Below are positions 37,554 to 48,590 of a stretch of DNA of 64,000 bases, in pieces (within the stretch, counting starts at the first letter, position 1; the number at the start of each line of letters is the position of its first letter). Under the pieces are notes generated by a model. It worked only from the letters and a program-made list of their open reading frames with translations, did no database searches and was not told the origin of the DNA. Source of the DNA: Herpetosiphon sp. NSE202 (GTDB taxonomy: Bacteria; Chloroflexota; Chloroflexia; Chloroflexales; Herpetosiphonaceae); the NCBI RefSeq assembly GCF_042688385.1, contig NZ_JBHUPY010000007.1:130110-194109 (forward strand). The letters are read 5' to 3'. The translations under genes were made by a program, and so were the position numbers.

Positions 37554-38045
37554 ATGCAGCAACCTACATGGCAGGTTAATACGCATCAACAAACATGGCA
37601 TGTGCGTTGGCACCCAGCCGATAGCGAGTCAGCAGGCAAAGCTCATGGCTCGGCTGGCATTTGCCTCACGCCTGAACGCCAAATTGTAGTGGTGAGCCAA
37701 AATGGGATTGATTGGGATGTACCAGCAGGCCGCAGCGAGGCAGGCGAATCGTGGGCAGCAACCTTGCAACGCGAGCTAGCCGAAGAAGCATGTGCCATGG
37801 TTCAAAGCGCTAGCTTATTGGGCTTTTGCCAAAGCCAATGTTTGGCTGGAGCAGAACAAGGGCTAATTTTAGTCCGCGCGTTTTGGCTGGCCCAAGTTAC
37901 AATCCAAGCATGGCAGCCACAATTCGAAATGATCGAACGACGACTGATTGAACCTAAGGAAATTTGGGGCTACCTGCCACAGGCCTATCTACCAATCTAT
38001 CGCCATGTATTGCAGGTAGCCTCATTGTTTATTGAAGTCGATTAG
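37554..38045 (+). CDS. NUDIX hydrolase
   Basis: Nudix box GRSEAGESWAATLQRELAEEA. Confidence 0.6.
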   Translation: MQQPTWQVNTHQQTWHVRWHPADSESAGKAHGSAGICLTPERQIVVVSQNGIDWDVPAGRSEAGESWAATLQRELAEEACAMVQSASLLGFCQSQCLAGAEQGLILVRAFWLAQVTIQAWQPQFEMIERRLIEPKEIWGYLPQAYLPIYRHVLQVASLFIEVD

Positions 38046-38078
38046 ATTAAGTGTTCCGCTCAGCACTAGCCGTCAGAT

Positions 38079-38756
38079 TTAGCGTATCCAGCGATTAAAA
38101 CTTAGCTCCCATACGACGATTAAATTATTCAATTGAGATAGTAATAAGCTCACTACAATAAATGTAAGACAGCGAAACAGCACATATACTTGAATTTTCC
38201 GAGTATAGATTAAACCAAAGCCATAGCTAAATAATCCTAGCAGCATAAGCACTGGCAGTAGATTCCATCCTTTTGATAACCAGTACAATAAAGGAATCGA
38301 TACGACTGTAATCATTATGATTTTGATCAGAAGATATTCAGGTTGAAGTGGTAATGTCGATTGGCTAATATGTTTAAACAAAATTGTGATAAAACCAAAC
38401 GATGATACGATTACGAATATTATTGTTATCAATAGAGGTAACATTCTTGCAGTTGTTGGTGCATTAATAAACATAGATGATGTATAAAATGGTATTAGTA
38501 AACTTAGCGAGAAAAATAAATTTCTCCAGCCATACGTTTTACGATCAAAATCAATCGTATCAATCATCTCTGGCAAATGATCAAGACCATAGCCTAAAAA
38601 GATAACTCCTGCAAAGATAAGTAGCTTTAGAAATAGTACCCAATTTGAGGCTACCAATATTGAAGACGGCAACATAAGCATCCCAAGGATGATACATGGC
38701 AAGGATAGAATCAAGAAAAGGTACGGACGTGGTTGGTTAATTAAACGCTTGAACAT
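38079..38756 (-). CDS. AT-rich integral membrane protein (about 6 TM), likely foreign origin
   Basis: 225 aa, strongly hydrophobic. Gene GC about 33% against about 50-55% in flanking DNA. Confidence 0.5.
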   Translation of the reverse strand: MFKRLINQPRPYLFLILSLPCIILGMLMLPSSILVASNWVLFLKLLIFAGVIFLGYGLDHLPEMIDTIDFDRKTYGWRNLFFSLSLLIPFYTSSMFINAPTTARMLPLLITIIFVIVSSFGFITILFKHISQSTLPLQPEYLLIKIIMITVVSIPLLYWLSKGWNLLPVLMLLGLFSYGFGLIYTRKIQVYVLFRCLTFIVVSLLLSQLNNLIVVWELSFNRWIR

Positions 38757-38859
38757 AGATTCTCCTCATCATAAATACTACGGGGATTTGGTTGATATTC
38801 TCAATCAACCGCCGATAATACGTACAGCGTGGCTTAAGGTTCCATAAATTCCTAAACCT

Positions 38860-39250
38860 TGGATTCTAACTCTAATGTTACATTGGATGGGCAAGCAGTG
38901 GAATGCCCTCACCCCCAGCCCCGCTCCCACTGAACGCGGGCGAGGGGAGCACAGACTCTGTGGTTCCCTCGTGTCCGTTCGACGGGCGCGGGGGTGAGGG
39001 GAAATCAGTGGTTAAGTGATGTACTATTATATCTAACGCCTATGCCATTTTTGCTTCTGATTTTTGGTAGCCTCCCTAATCCTTTATCTTTTCCATTGGC
39101 CCAGATTCGCTCAAATTATTCTTTCCCAAAGCCAAAAGACAATAGCCAATAGCCTGATCCCTTTTGACTTCTGACTTCTGACTTCTGACTTCTGATTTTT
39201 GCTTTGGCATTTCATCCTTCATCCCTCATCCTTCATCCTTTCAAAATTAC
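38860..39250. repeat. Mosaic intergenic repeat cluster 5
   Basis: G/C-rich hairpin module CCCTCACCCCCAGCCCCGCTCCCACTGAACGCGGGCGAGGGGAGC...CGGGCGCGGGGGTGAGGG at 38906-39001; CAATAGCCAATAGCC; (GACTTCT)x4 at about 39165-39195; CATCCTTCATCCCTCATCCTTCATCC at about 39215-39240. Confidence 0.85.
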
Positions 39251-39253
39251 CCC

Positions 39254-39285
39254 TTGACTCTATAGCATAGTATAGGGTTTATGAT
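39254..39285 (+). promoter_or_regulatory. MerR-type promoter: TTGACT -35, 20-bp spacer with dyad, TATGAT -10
   Basis: TTGACT (39254-59), then 20 nt CTATAGCATAGTATAGGGTT containing the pseudo-palindrome CTATAG-n-TATAG, then TATGAT (39280-85). About 24 nt upstream of the merR ATG and its RBS AAGGA. Confidence 0.5.
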
Positions 39286-39308
39286 AGGCATCAGAAAGGA
39301 ATTGAGCG

Positions 39309-39719
39309 ATGCAAATTGGTCAAGTAGCCCGCCGCTGTGGCGTAAGTGTCCAAACTGTCCGTTTGTATGAACGCATGGGTTTGATCGAAACCGCCCAACG
39401 CCGCGAATCGGGCTATCGCGATTATGCGGGCACAGTCATTGCGCGAATTTTGGCGATCAAGCAGGGCCAAGCACTTGGCTTTAGTCTAAGCGAAATGGGC
39501 ATGTTTCTGCAACTCAGCCCGCAAACGACTGAGCAAGCGTTGATTGAGCAATTCGTTGAGCAAAAAGTGCAGCAAATTGAGCAAACGATTCAACAGTTTC
39601 AACGCTTGCGCTTGGCGCTCGAAGAATTTGCCACTCGTTCCGCCGACGACTCGCGCGAATGCCCAGTTATTTATGCTTTGGCCGAGATGGCCTGTGTACA
39701 AGGAGTTTCTGATGCCTAG
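39309..39719 (+). CDS. MerR-family transcriptional regulator
   Basis: HTH MQIGQVARRCGVSVQTVRLYERMGLI, coiled-coil dimerisation region. 136 aa. Confidence 0.85.
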   Translation: MQIGQVARRCGVSVQTVRLYERMGLIETAQRRESGYRDYAGTVIARILAIKQGQALGFSLSEMGMFLQLSPQTTEQALIEQFVEQKVQQIEQTIQQFQRLRLALEEFATRSADDSRECPVIYALAEMACVQGVSDA

Positions 39720-40107
39720 AACAACCCAAAGTTTACGCTGGTTTGGTTGGTATGCGCTTAGCACCGGTCTGTTGGCCGCGCTCGCACCAAATCTTATTTT
39801 GGGCCTTTTTGGCTTGCCAGCAACTAGCGAAGTTTGGCCACGGGTGGCGGGCATGCTCATTGGCTTTATCGGCGTATTGCACATGAATGTTAGCCCAATC
39901 AATCTGCAACGCTATGCTTTAGCGACGGTGGTGTTGCGGCTCAGCGTGCCGTTGATCTTCGGTTGGTGGGTCATCAGCGGGCTTGGGCCATGGCAATTGT
40001 TGTTTTTTGCTGGCGCTGATGTAGTTGGGGCACTAGCAACCTTATGGGGCTTGCGGGTTGATCAACAAACGGGCAATTCACGCCAAACTAGCGCAATTGC
40101 CCGCTAA
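39712..40107 (+). CDS. Small membrane protein (4 TM) co-transcribed with merR
   Basis: ATG overlaps the merR stop (ATGCCTAG); RBS AGGAG 6 nt upstream; hydrophobic helices. Confidence 0.5.
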   Translation: MPRTTQSLRWFGWYALSTGLLAALAPNLILGLFGLPATSEVWPRVAGMLIGFIGVLHMNVSPINLQRYALATVVLRLSVPLIFGWWVISGLGPWQLLFFAGADVVGALATLWGLRVDQQTGNSRQTSAIAR

Positions 40108-40113
40108 AAAAAG

Positions 40114-41376
40114 CTAATCGCGAACGTGGCCAGCGCCGCGCACAATCCATTTATACGAGGTCAATTCGCGCAAGGCCATCGGGCCACGAGCATGCAATTT
40201 TTGGGTGCTGATCGCAATTTCAGCGCCCAAGCCCAATTGCGATCCATCAGTGAAACGGGTTGAAGAATTGGCATACACCACCGCTGAATCAACTTCATTC
40301 AAAAAGCGCTCGATTGCGCTTGGATCTTGCGACAAAATCGTGTCGGAATGGTCGGTTCCATGCTGATCGATGTGTTCAAGCGCTTGATCAAGCCCATCGA
40401 CCACCCGCACCGCCAAAATTAATGCCGAAAATTCTTGGCCAAAATCATCAGGCTGGGCCGCGACTAAATGCCACTCGCTATTGCCAGCCTCGCGCAAAAT
40501 CGCCAAGGATTCAGGATCGCAGCGCAATTCGACGTTGTGCTCCTGCAAGGCAGCCCCCAAGCGCGGCAAGATTTTAGCGGCTGCACTGCGTTCAATCAAC
40601 AAAGTTTCAAGCGAATTGCAGACACTTGGGCGTTGCACCTTGGCATTGACAATGATCGGCACAACTTGATCGAGCGGCGCAGTATGGTCAACATAGGCAT
40701 GGCACACGCCAATTCCGCCAGTAATCACTGGAATCGTGGCAGTTTGACGACAAAAATCGTGCAAGCCCGAGCCACCACGCGGAATAATCATATCCACATA
40801 GCGATCCAAGGTCAGCAAGCCGCGCACCAATTCACGATCAGGATTATCAATCAATTGCAAGGCATCAGCGGGCAAATCAACTCGTTCCAAGGCGCGGCGC
40901 AAGGCATGCACCAATGCTGCTGCAGAACGGGTAATTTCTTTGCCGCCGCGCAAAATCACCGCGCTACCAGCTTTGATGCACAAGGCTGCCACATCGGCAG
41001 TAACATTTGGCCGCGCTTCGTAAATTACGCCGACTACGCCCAACGGCACGCGCCGCTTTTCAATGCGCAAGCCATTGGGCAGCACTCCTTGCTCAAAAAC
41101 CTCGCCAACCGGATCAGGCAACACTGCCACCGTGCGCACATCGTTGGCAATTGCTTCGAGCCGTTGCTCGTTGAGCAATAAACGGTCAAGCAAAGCCGGA
41201 GTTAAGCCAGCCTCGCGCCCCAGCCGCATATCAGCAGCATTAGCCGAAAGAATCGATTCGCGATCAAGGCTTAGTTCTTCGGCCATCGCCTCAACGGCTG
41301 CATTGCGTTGGGCCGTGGTTGTGCGGGCCAATAATCGGGCTGCCAGCTTTGCGCGCTGACCCATTGCCTCAAGCAT
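40114..41376 (-). CDS. proA: Glutamate-5-semialdehyde dehydrogenase (gamma-glutamyl phosphate reductase)
   Basis: 420 aa aldehyde dehydrogenase-fold protein with ProA N-terminal signature ([27 protein letters not shown]) and catalytic Cys region. Confidence 0.9.
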   Translation of the reverse strand: MLEAMGQRAKLAARLLARTTTAQRNAAVEAMAEELSLDRESILSANAADMRLGREAGLTPALLDRLLLNEQRLEAIANDVRTVAVLPDPVGEVFEQGVLPNGLRIEKRRVPLGVVGVIYEARPNVTADVAALCIKAGSAVILRGGKEITRSAAALVHALRRALERVDLPADALQLIDNPDRELVRGLLTLDRYVDMIIPRGGSGLHDFCRQTATIPVITGGIGVCHAYVDHTAPLDQVVPIIVNAKVQRPSVCNSLETLLIERSAAAKILPRLGAALQEHNVELRCDPESLAILREAGNSEWHLVAAQPDDFGQEFSALILAVRVVDGLDQALEHIDQHGTDHSDTILSQDPSAIERFLNEVDSAVVYANSSTRFTDGSQLGLGAEIAISTQKLHARGPMALRELTSYKWIVRGAGHVRD

Positions 41377-41400
41377 TGTAGACTCCTCATTGACTAGCCA

Positions 41401-42096
41401 TCATAACTCGCCGAGTGGTGCTGCTGGATGATCTTCGCCTTCGAGATCGCCTTCGAGTTGCCAGCGCACTGCTGCATGCAAATGCACAGCATCGTTATAG
41501 CCGCCCAAAAACCAGCGCACCTGCCCACCCCGCTGATGCTGATACCAATGAGTCAAGGATGTATTGGTCACTTCTAGGTCAACATTCGGTTGCTCGCTGC
41601 GGGTATGTGGCCAAAAATAGCTTAACGATGATTCTATCACCCAACCATGGCAAACAATTACAATCGTCGCATCGGGATTGGCATGCAACACCCGTTCAAA
41701 ATTGGTGTGAGTGCGCAGGCAGAAGCTTTGCCACGTCTCGCCACCTGGTGATAAGGGCTTGCGCAAATCGAAATCAAATTTGCCATAGCGTTGATTATAT
41801 TCTTTCCAGCTTAGGCCATCGGCCTCGCCAACATTGAATTCGCAAAATGTCTCATCGTAGAGCAAGGGTTGAGCAAACGCAGGCGCAATAATTTCGGCGG
41901 TTTGCATGGCCCGTGGCATCGTACTACAAATAAACAGATCGGGCACGACTTCACGGGTTGCGATCAGCCGATCGCGCAAATGTTCAGCTTGTTGCACGCC
42001 CAAATCGGTCAAGCCTCGATCGCCTTTGATGCCGCCAATAATTGGCTCGACATTCACCACAGCCTGCCCGTGGCGAATCAAATACAGTTTAGCCAT
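41401..42096 (-). CDS. Histidine phosphatase family protein (phosphoglycerate mutase-like)
   Basis: LIRHGQ catalytic RHG motif at the N-terminus; second His in VCHGWV. Confidence 0.8.
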   Translation of the reverse strand: MAKLYLIRHGQAVVNVEPIIGGIKGDRGLTDLGVQQAEHLRDRLIATREVVPDLFICSTMPRAMQTAEIIAPAFAQPLLYDETFCEFNVGEADGLSWKEYNQRYGKFDFDLRKPLSPGGETWQSFCLRTHTNFERVLHANPDATIVIVCHGWVIESSLSYFWPHTRSEQPNVDLEVTNTSLTHWYQHQRGGQVRWFLGGYNDAVHLHAAVRWQLEGDLEGEDHPAAPLGEL

Positions 42097-42099
42097 AAA

Positions 42100-42316
42100 A
42101 CCCCTTTTATAGAAGTATGAAGGATGAATTATGAGGGATGAAATACTTCTTCAGCCATTCACACCTTATTTATTGAAGGATGAATTTCATTGCTCACATA
42201 TTCACACCTTTTTAGAAATAAGCAATAATTCAAAGCCGCAAAAATCCTATCCCTCATCCCTCATCCCTCATCCCTCATCCCTCATCCCTCATCCCTCATC
42301 CCTCATCCCTCATCCT
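42100..42316. repeat. Mosaic repeat cluster 6 with (CCTCATC)x9 heptamer run
   Basis: GAAGGATGAATTATGAGGGATGAAA modules, then (CCCTCAT)n 42250-42316. The run overlaps the last 4 codons and the stop of proB. Confidence 0.85.
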
Positions 42317-43412
42317 TAACAAAGGCTACCATATCATCGCGGTGAATGACTTCATCGCCGTAGGAATAGCCGAGGATACTTTCGATGTCGCTGGTGCGTG
42401 AGCCTTTGATTTGAGCAACTTCGTGGGCGGCGTATTGGCATAAGCCACAGGCAATCGCCTGCCCATCGGGAGCGACAATCGCTACGGTTTGGCCACGTCG
42501 CCACTCGCCCTCAACCGCCACAATTCCTGCTGGCAACAGGCTGCGGCCTTGCTGAGTGAGGGCTTGCACCGCCCCAGCATCAACCGCAATATGCGCTTGG
42601 CGCACGCGCTCGGCCATAATCCAACGCTTGCGGCTCTCCAAGCGGGTGCTGACTGGCCGAAAGCGCGTGCCAATACTCTCGCCAGCGGCCAAACGCAACA
42701 GCACATCAGGCTCGTTGCCAGCAGCAATGATCATGCTTGTGCCAGCCCGCGTGGCTAATTCGGCAGCCTGAATTTTGGTGAACATCCCGCCAGTGCCCCG
42801 ATGCGAGCCAGCCGCCCCCGCTAAGGCATAGACTTGTTCGGTTACCACTGCCACATCGTCGATTAACTGAGCTTCGGGGTTATGGCGCGGATCGGCGCTA
42901 TACAAGCCAGCAATATCGCTCAAAATGACCAAAAGCTGCGCATCAACCAAATTTGCCACCAACGCCGAGAGCGTATCGTTATCGCCAACCCGAATTTCAT
43001 CAACCGCCACCGCATCGTTTTCGTTGATAATCGGCAGCACGCCAATTTCCAAACAGGTTAATAAGGTTGCGCGGGCATTGAGGTAGCGCACCCGATCGCG
43101 CAGATCGGCGCGGGTCAGCAGGGTTTGGGCAACTGGCACATCGTAAATTTCAAATAATTGGCCGTAGATGTGCATCAATCGACCTTGGCCAACCGCCGCC
43201 AAGGCCTGTTTATGGGTCAATTCTCGCCGCCGTTTGGGAAAGCCCAAGCGCTCCCAACCTGCTAATACCGCCCCCGAGGAAACCAACACGACTTCGTGGC
43301 CAGCAGTGCGCAAGTGGGCCATCTGACGGGCCAAATCGACCATGCGCGGGCGCTGTAAACGGTCAGTGCCATCGGTCAAAACGCTGGTGCCAAGTTTAAT
43401 TACAATTCGCAT
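42303..43412 (-). CDS. proB: Glutamate 5-kinase (with PUA domain)
   Basis: MRIVIKLGTSVLT...VLVSSGA amino-acid kinase motifs, C-terminal PUA domain. C-terminal KDEG plus TGA are encoded by the heptamer repeat. Confidence 0.9.
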   Translation of the reverse strand: MRIVIKLGTSVLTDGTDRLQRPRMVDLARQMAHLRTAGHEVVLVSSGAVLAGWERLGFPKRRRELTHKQALAAVGQGRLMHIYGQLFEIYDVPVAQTLLTRADLRDRVRYLNARATLLTCLEIGVLPIINENDAVAVDEIRVGDNDTLSALVANLVDAQLLVILSDIAGLYSADPRHNPEAQLIDDVAVVTEQVYALAGAAGSHRGTGGMFTKIQAAELATRAGTSMIIAAGNEPDVLLRLAAGESIGTRFRPVSTRLESRKRWIMAERVRQAHIAVDAGAVQALTQQGRSLLPAGIVAVEGEWRRGQTVAIVAPDGQAIACGLCQYAAHEVAQIKGSRTSDIESILGYSYGDEVIHRDDMVAFVKDEG

Positions 43413-43429
43413 AGTAAGCTCTATTCATC

Positions 43430-43795
43430 AAGATGAGTATAAAACGCTATTTTAACGCCTAGCTCCAAATTGATTTCAACCAAACCATAAAAGCTGCGTT
43501 TTGAAACCACGAAGAGCACGAAGAGCACGAAGATCGAAAATCACGAATGTTATTTTTTTAGCCACGAATTACACGAATTGCGCCAAGCTGTGGCTATCGG
43601 CTATTGAGTTTTGACCTTTGACTTTTGACCTTTGATTTGGTATTTCATCCCTCATCCTTCAGCCTTCATCCTTATTTTCTGCCTTTTGATTTTTGACTTC
43701 TGAATTTGCTCTATGCTCTATGTTCTATGTTCTAAAATCAACAGGCCACAGAGCAAAATACTCCATGGCCTGTAGGAACTTAGTCGTTATATCAA
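43430..43795. repeat. Mosaic intergenic repeat cluster 7
   Basis: CACGAAGAGCACGAAGAGCACGAAGATCG; CACGAATTACACGAATTG; GGCTATCGGCTATTG; (GACCTTT/GACTTTT)n; CATCCCTCATCCTTCAGCCTTCATCC; (CTCTATG)x4 at about 43708-43735. Ends with the hairpin ACAGGCCA...TGGCCTGT just downstream of secA. Confidence 0.85.
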
Positions 43796-43798
43796 AGA

Positions 43799-46700
43799 TT
43801 ATTTTTTGCCAACAGCTTGGGCGTGGGTGTGTTTGACCGCCAAAATTGCTTCAAGCTCGGCTTCTTTGCCCGGCAAGCCATGGCATGCTTTGAACTTCTT
43901 GCCGCTATCGCAAGGGCAAGGGTCATTGCGTCCGATTTTGATAATAATGCGGCGGGCTGGAGCAGCTTGCCCAGCGGCATTGCTGACGCGGCGTGCAGCA
44001 CCACCAACACCTCGTTTGGCTGGCTTGGGTGCTTCTTCAGTAGCGTTTTCTGAGCCACCAGCGGTTTGGGCCATTGCCAAACGAGCTTCCATTTCCAGTT
44101 CAACTTGGCGCAAGCGCACTTGCCAGTTGGCTGCATCGGTGAAGAAGTTGTAGACAATCCGGTTTTGAATATTGCCTTTGAGTTCATCGAACATCTTATA
44201 GGCTTCGCGCTTGAAAGCCACCAACGGATCTTGTTGGGCAATCGCGACGTTGCCAATGCCTTGGCGCAATTCATCAACCGCCGTCAGATAATCGATCCAT
44301 TCGCGATCGATTGCGCCGAGCATTTCTTGGCGCTCAAAGTGGGCAAAGAAGGCTTCGGGGCCGCTAACACCAGGAATTGGCTGCACACCACGTTGCAACA
44401 AACCAGTGTATTGAGTTGCCAACTCTTGGCCCAAGCGATTGTAGGCTTCTTCGACAACATCGGTCGCAATTTCGCCAATTTCATCAGCTTGGCGGCCTTT
44501 GAAACGAGCGGCCAATTCAGTTTCTTGGGCTTTGAGTTGCGGCACAATCGCATACAATTGGCGCAAGAAGCCTTCCATATCTGGCTGATCAAGCTCTTTG
44601 TTATCGAGGAAATCTTCGACATGGGCTTCGATTTCGTCAACCACCATCTCAAGGATGCGGTCGCCCATATCTTCGCCGCCAAGAATGGCATGGCGGTCGG
44701 CGTAGATAACTTCGCGTTGTTTGTTCACCACGTCGTCATATTCGACCACGTGTTTACGCACATCGAAGTTATAGCCTTCAACCCGCGTTTGCGCGCTTTC
44801 GATGGCTTTATCGAGCAAGCCCGATTCGAGTGGCAATTCTTCCTCGCCATCAGACATACGTTCCATCAAGCGTTTGATTGTGTCGATCCGACCGAAGCGG
44901 GTCATCAACTCGTCTTCCAGCGAGATGAAGAAGCGTGATGAGCCAGGGTCGCCTTGACGGCCAGCCCGACCACGCAGCTGATTGTCGATCCGGCGGGCTT
45001 CGTGGCGCTCAGTACCAATGATGTGCAGGCCGCCAGCGTCCATCACCGCTTTACGCTCTGCATCGACATCGGCTTTGGCTTTGGCGGTTGCTTCGGCCAA
45101 TTGCTCAGGCGTGGCTTCGGTGATGGTTGTGCCCAGCGCTTTAAGATGCTCCTCGACCAAACCATCGGGATTACCGCCAAGCAAAATGTCGGTACCGCGA
45201 CCAGCCATGTTGGTTGCAATCGTGATTGCGCCAGTGCGCCCAGCTTGGGCCACAATATAGGCTTCACGTTCGTGTTGCTTAGCGTTCAAGAGATAATGTT
45301 CAAGCCCTGATTGATTCAGCAAATTGCTGACAATTTCTGAGCTTTCAACCGAGGTTGTACCAACCAAGACTGGACGGCCAAGCTCGTGCATTTCTTTGAT
45401 TTCGCGCAACACAGCGTTGTATTTAGCTTTTTGGGTTGCATAAATATGGTCGCGATAATCTTCGCGCACCACTTGGCGATTGGTTGGGATAATCACCACT
45501 TCCAAATTGTAGATTTTGCTAAATTCTTCAGCTTCGGTGATTGCTGTCCCTGTCATGCCGCCAAGTTTGTTGTACATGCGGAAGTAATTTTGGAAGGTGA
45601 TGGTTGCCAAGGTGACGTTTTCGCGGCGGACCTCGACCGATTCTTTGGCCTCAACCGCTTGGTGCAAGCCATCCGACCAACGCCGACCAGGCATCGTCCG
45701 GCCTGTAAACTCATCGACGATCACAACTTCGCCATTTTGGACCACATAATCAACATCACGGTGGAAAACATATTCGGCTTTGAGCGCGTTTTCCAAGTAG
45801 TGGGTCAATTCGAAGTTCTTGGCATCGTACATGTTCTCGCCTTCGGGCAAGTTGAGGCGTTTTTCCATCACCTCTAAGCCCGATTCGGTCAAAGTAATTG
45901 AGCGCGATTTTTCGTCGATCCAGTAATCGCCGTCGAAATCGTCTTTCAAGCCTTTGCGCACTTCGTCGGGCGAGATGCTTGAGCGCTTGAGGCCACGCAC
46001 CAATGAAGAAAAACGGCGATAGTTATCGCTGGATTCTTGGGCTGGGCCGGAGATAATCAACGGAGTACGGGCTTCGTCGATCAAAATATTATCAACTTCG
46101 TCGACAATCGCGTAGTGCAATTCACGCTGCACACATTGATCTTTGTGCTGCACCATGTTATCGCGCAGATAATCGAAGCCATATTCATTGTTCGTGCCGT
46201 AGGTCATATCGGCCATGTAGGCTTCGCGACGTGAGCAAGGCCGCCAGTGCACCAAACGGCTATCATCTTGTTTGGCGTTGGGGTCGATATAATTGGGGTC
46301 GTAAATTGCTGAATAATCGTGGGCGATATAGCCAGTGCTCATGCCAAGGCTATGGAAAATTGGCCCCATCCAACCACCACCAACTTTGGCGAGATAGTCG
46401 TTAACGGTGACCAAGTGTGCGCCACGGCCTGGAATTGCATTGAGAAACAAGGGCAAGGAAGCCACAAGGGTTTTACCTTCACCAGTTTTCATTTCGGCAA
46501 TCCGGCCTTCGTGTAGCACAATCCCGCCGATCATCTGGACATCGTAGTGACGTTGGCCAATGACCCTGCTTGAGGCTTCGCGCACGAGGGCAAACGCTTC
46601 GGGCAACAATTCATCAAGGGCTGAATCTTCGATAATTCGTAATTCTTTTTGATACTCTTTTTCGACGGTTGAATCGTGGCGATTTTCGTCGGCGTAGCGG

Positions 46701-46897
46701 TCGTCGAGCGCTTCACGATCCGCTTTGGTAAGCTCTGCGAACCGTGTGCGTAATTCAGCCGTTTTTTCACGGAGTTGTTCATCGCTAAGAGCCTTGAATG
46801 TTGGCTCAAGGGCGTTAATTTCATCTAAGGTTGGCTGCATTTTCTTCACAACCTTAGCGTTGGGGTCGCCCAGTAGTTTCCCAAGCCATTTAAACAT
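43799..46897 (-). CDS. secA: Preprotein translocase ATPase SecA
   Basis: [11 protein letters not shown]... DEAD-like motor domains, C-terminal zinc-binding [14 protein letters not shown]. Start moved to ATG 46897 (the track extension is upstream in-frame). Confidence 0.95.
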   Translation of the reverse strand: MFKWLGKLLGDPNAKVVKKMQPTLDEINALEPTFKALSDEQLREKTAELRTRFAELTKADREALDDRYADENRHDSTVEKEYQKELRIIEDSALDELLPEAFALVREASSRVIGQRHYDVQMIGGIVLHEGRIAEMKTGEGKTLVASLPLFLNAIPGRGAHLVTVNDYLAKVGGGWMGPIFHSLGMSTGYIAHDYSAIYDPNYIDPNAKQDDSRLVHWRPCSRREAYMADMTYGTNNEYGFDYLRDNMVQHKDQCVQRELHYAIVDEVDNILIDEARTPLIISGPAQESSDNYRRFSSLVRGLKRSSISPDEVRKGLKDDFDGDYWIDEKSRSITLTESGLEVMEKRLNLPEGENMYDAKNFELTHYLENALKAEYVFHRDVDYVVQNGEVVIVDEFTGRTMPGRRWSDGLHQAVEAKESVEVRRENVTLATITFQNYFRMYNKLGGMTGTAITEAEEFSKIYNLEVVIIPTNRQVVREDYRDHIYATQKAKYNAVLREIKEMHELGRPVLVGTTSVESSEIVSNLLNQSGLEHYLLNAKQHEREAYIVAQAGRTGAITIATNMAGRGTDILLGGNPDGLVEEHLKALGTTITEATPEQLAEATAKAKADVDAERKAVMDAGGLHIIGTERHEARRIDNQLRGRAGRQGDPGSSRFFISLEDELMTRFGRIDTIKRLMERMSDGEEELPLESGLLDKAIESAQTRVEGYNFDVRKHVVEYDDVVNKQREVIYADRHAILGGEDMGDRILEMVVDEIEAHVEDFLDNKELDQPDMEGFLRQLYAIVPQLKAQETELAARFKGRQADEIGEIATDVVEEAYNRLGQELATQYTGLLQRGVQPIPGVSGPEAFFAHFERQEMLGAIDREWIDYLTAVDELRQGIGNVAIAQQDPLVAFKREAYKMFDELKGNIQNRIVYNFFTDAANWQVRLRQVELEMEARLAMAQTAGGSENATEEAPKPAKRGVGGAARRVSNAAGQAAPARRIIIKIGRNDPCPCDSGKKFKACHGLPGKEAELEAILAVKHTHAQAVGKK

Positions 46898-47001
46898 GTG
46901 GTACCTCGTGGTGTCTGAATATCGGCAGCACGGCTGCATCGCTAGATTATACCACGCAGCTTTGGCGCTTTGAATGGCTTAAAAGCTGCTTAAACGAAAT
47001 G

Positions 47002-47592
47002 TTAACGCACTGCCAATAATCCTCGATCTTCGCGATTAAGCAGCTGTTGAAACTTACCAAGGAAGCGTCCGAGCTGGGGATCACTGCGTTCTAATGGCAC
47101 GTCATCAAGCGCAAACCAACGAATTTGGGCGAATTCAGCCTGATCGTAATGCAATGCTTGCTGAGAATCAGCCTGCACCACATACCACAACGAAACATCA
47201 ATATGGCCTGCGGTGAGGCCAACAGTTTCAGTTACGGTAATAAAGCATGGCTCTGGCCAATAAAACTGCGCTTCTATCCCCAATTCTTCCTCAATTTCAC
47301 GGCTGACGGTGCTGGCTGGATGTTCATCTGGCTCAACGTGGCCACCACAAGGCAACCACAACTGGGCATTACGATGATCAACTAATAAAATCTGAGCGGT
47401 CGCAGGATCATAAACCACAATGTAGGAAACGAGGTGCATCGGCGGCGTAGCAGGCTTGGCGGTGCGAAACAATGGCGCATCGCTATCGATCCATGCCACG
47501 GTTTCGTTACAATCTGCTTGCTCACGTAAATCCAAGGGGGCAATTTGGGTCACTAAGCTACGAATAGTTGAACGCATAGATTCCTCCAACAA
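47002..47592 (-). CDS. NUDIX hydrolase
   Basis: Canonical Nudix box GGHVEPDEHPASTVSREIEEELGI. Confidence 0.7.
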   Translation of the reverse strand: MLEESMRSTIRSLVTQIAPLDLREQADCNETVAWIDSDAPLFRTAKPATPPMHLVSYIVVYDPATAQILLVDHRNAQLWLPCGGHVEPDEHPASTVSREIEEELGIEAQFYWPEPCFITVTETVGLTAGHIDVSLWYVVQADSQQALHYDQAEFAQIRWFALDDVPLERSDPQLGRFLGKFQQLLNREDRGLLAVR

Positions 47593-47861
47593 TCCTCAAT
47601 CTGATCCACGAAGGGCACGAAGAGCACGAAGAACGAGAAACCACGAAGAGCGAGAAACCACGAAGGACGCGAAGCTCGCGAAGGCTGTTTTTAGCCACAG
47701 ATTTTTAGTATGAGGCTATGGGCTATGGGCTATGAGCTTTTGGAACCAGTGTCATTCACCAAACGTTCCGATAGCCTATAGCCTTCAGTCTATAGCCAAA
47801 CATCCTCTGAGCCTCTGCGTTAAAAATACGCTTTTGCCTTTTGCATTCTGCCTTTTGCCTT
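47593..47861. repeat. Mosaic intergenic repeat cluster 8
   Basis: CACGAAGGGCACGAAGAGCACGAAGAACGAGAAACCACGAAGAGCGAGAAACCACGAAGGACGCGAAG; TTTTTAGCCACAGATTTTTAG; (GGCTATG)x3; ATAGCCTATAGCC; GAGCCTCTGCGTTAAAAAT; TTTTGCCTTTTGCATTCTGCCTTTTGCC. Confidence 0.85.
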
Positions 47862-48449
47862 TCATCCTTTTAACGCTTCGATGCTACCAACCAGCAAGGG
47901 CACGCTATCGTTGATAAAGTTTTCGAGGTTTTGGCAGCGATCACTATAGAGCCAGCGGGCGGCCAAGGCAAATACCGACCAACTGAGCATAGTTGCCAAA
48001 AGTTGGCGTTGCATTGCTGCTACGTTGCGTAACGGCAAATAATGATCAAGCCATGTTTGAATATGTTGCTCTAGCATGCGTTTGATCTGGGTTTCAGCCA
48101 ACGAATCGAAAAAACGATGATATTGATTGCACTGGCCATGAATCATCGCCCAATGGTCGGCGATTGCCCACAGCAAAGCTTGCATATAGCGGGTTGGCGT
48201 GTCGGGATAATGCTGCATACGCCGATCAAGAAACATCATAAAGCCATCACGAATCAGTTCATCAACTAAGGCATATTTATCGCTGAAATGAGCATAGAAG
48301 GTTGCCCGATTAATCGTCGCAGCTTCGGCAATCTCGTTAACTGTCACTTCCTCGAAGGTACGTGTGCGCAAGAGCTGAATCAAGGCATCGAGAATTAATT
48401 TGCGCGTGCGCTTGGTGCGCGGGTCAATTTTAACAGCGTTTCCCAACAT
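47862..48449 (-). CDS. TetR/AcrR-family transcriptional regulator
   Basis: N-terminal HTH TVNEIAEAATINRATFYAHFSDKYALV. Confidence 0.85.
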   Translation of the reverse strand: MLGNAVKIDPRTKRTRKLILDALIQLLRTRTFEEVTVNEIAEAATINRATFYAHFSDKYALVDELIRDGFMMFLDRRMQHYPDTPTRYMQALLWAIADHWAMIHGQCNQYHRFFDSLAETQIKRMLEQHIQTWLDHYLPLRNVAAMQRQLLATMLSWSVFALAARWLYSDRCQNLENFINDSVPLLVGSIEALKG

Positions 48450-48590
48450 TTTGGCTCCTTTGTTGCCTAAGCAACAAATTTTCGTTTTTGCTGGTTGACA
48501 CTATAGCACGGGTTCTCTATGCTATTCAACAGATGTCAATTAAACAACGAGTGTTGTTTAGACTTCAATTCATCAGTGAGGTTTTTAATC

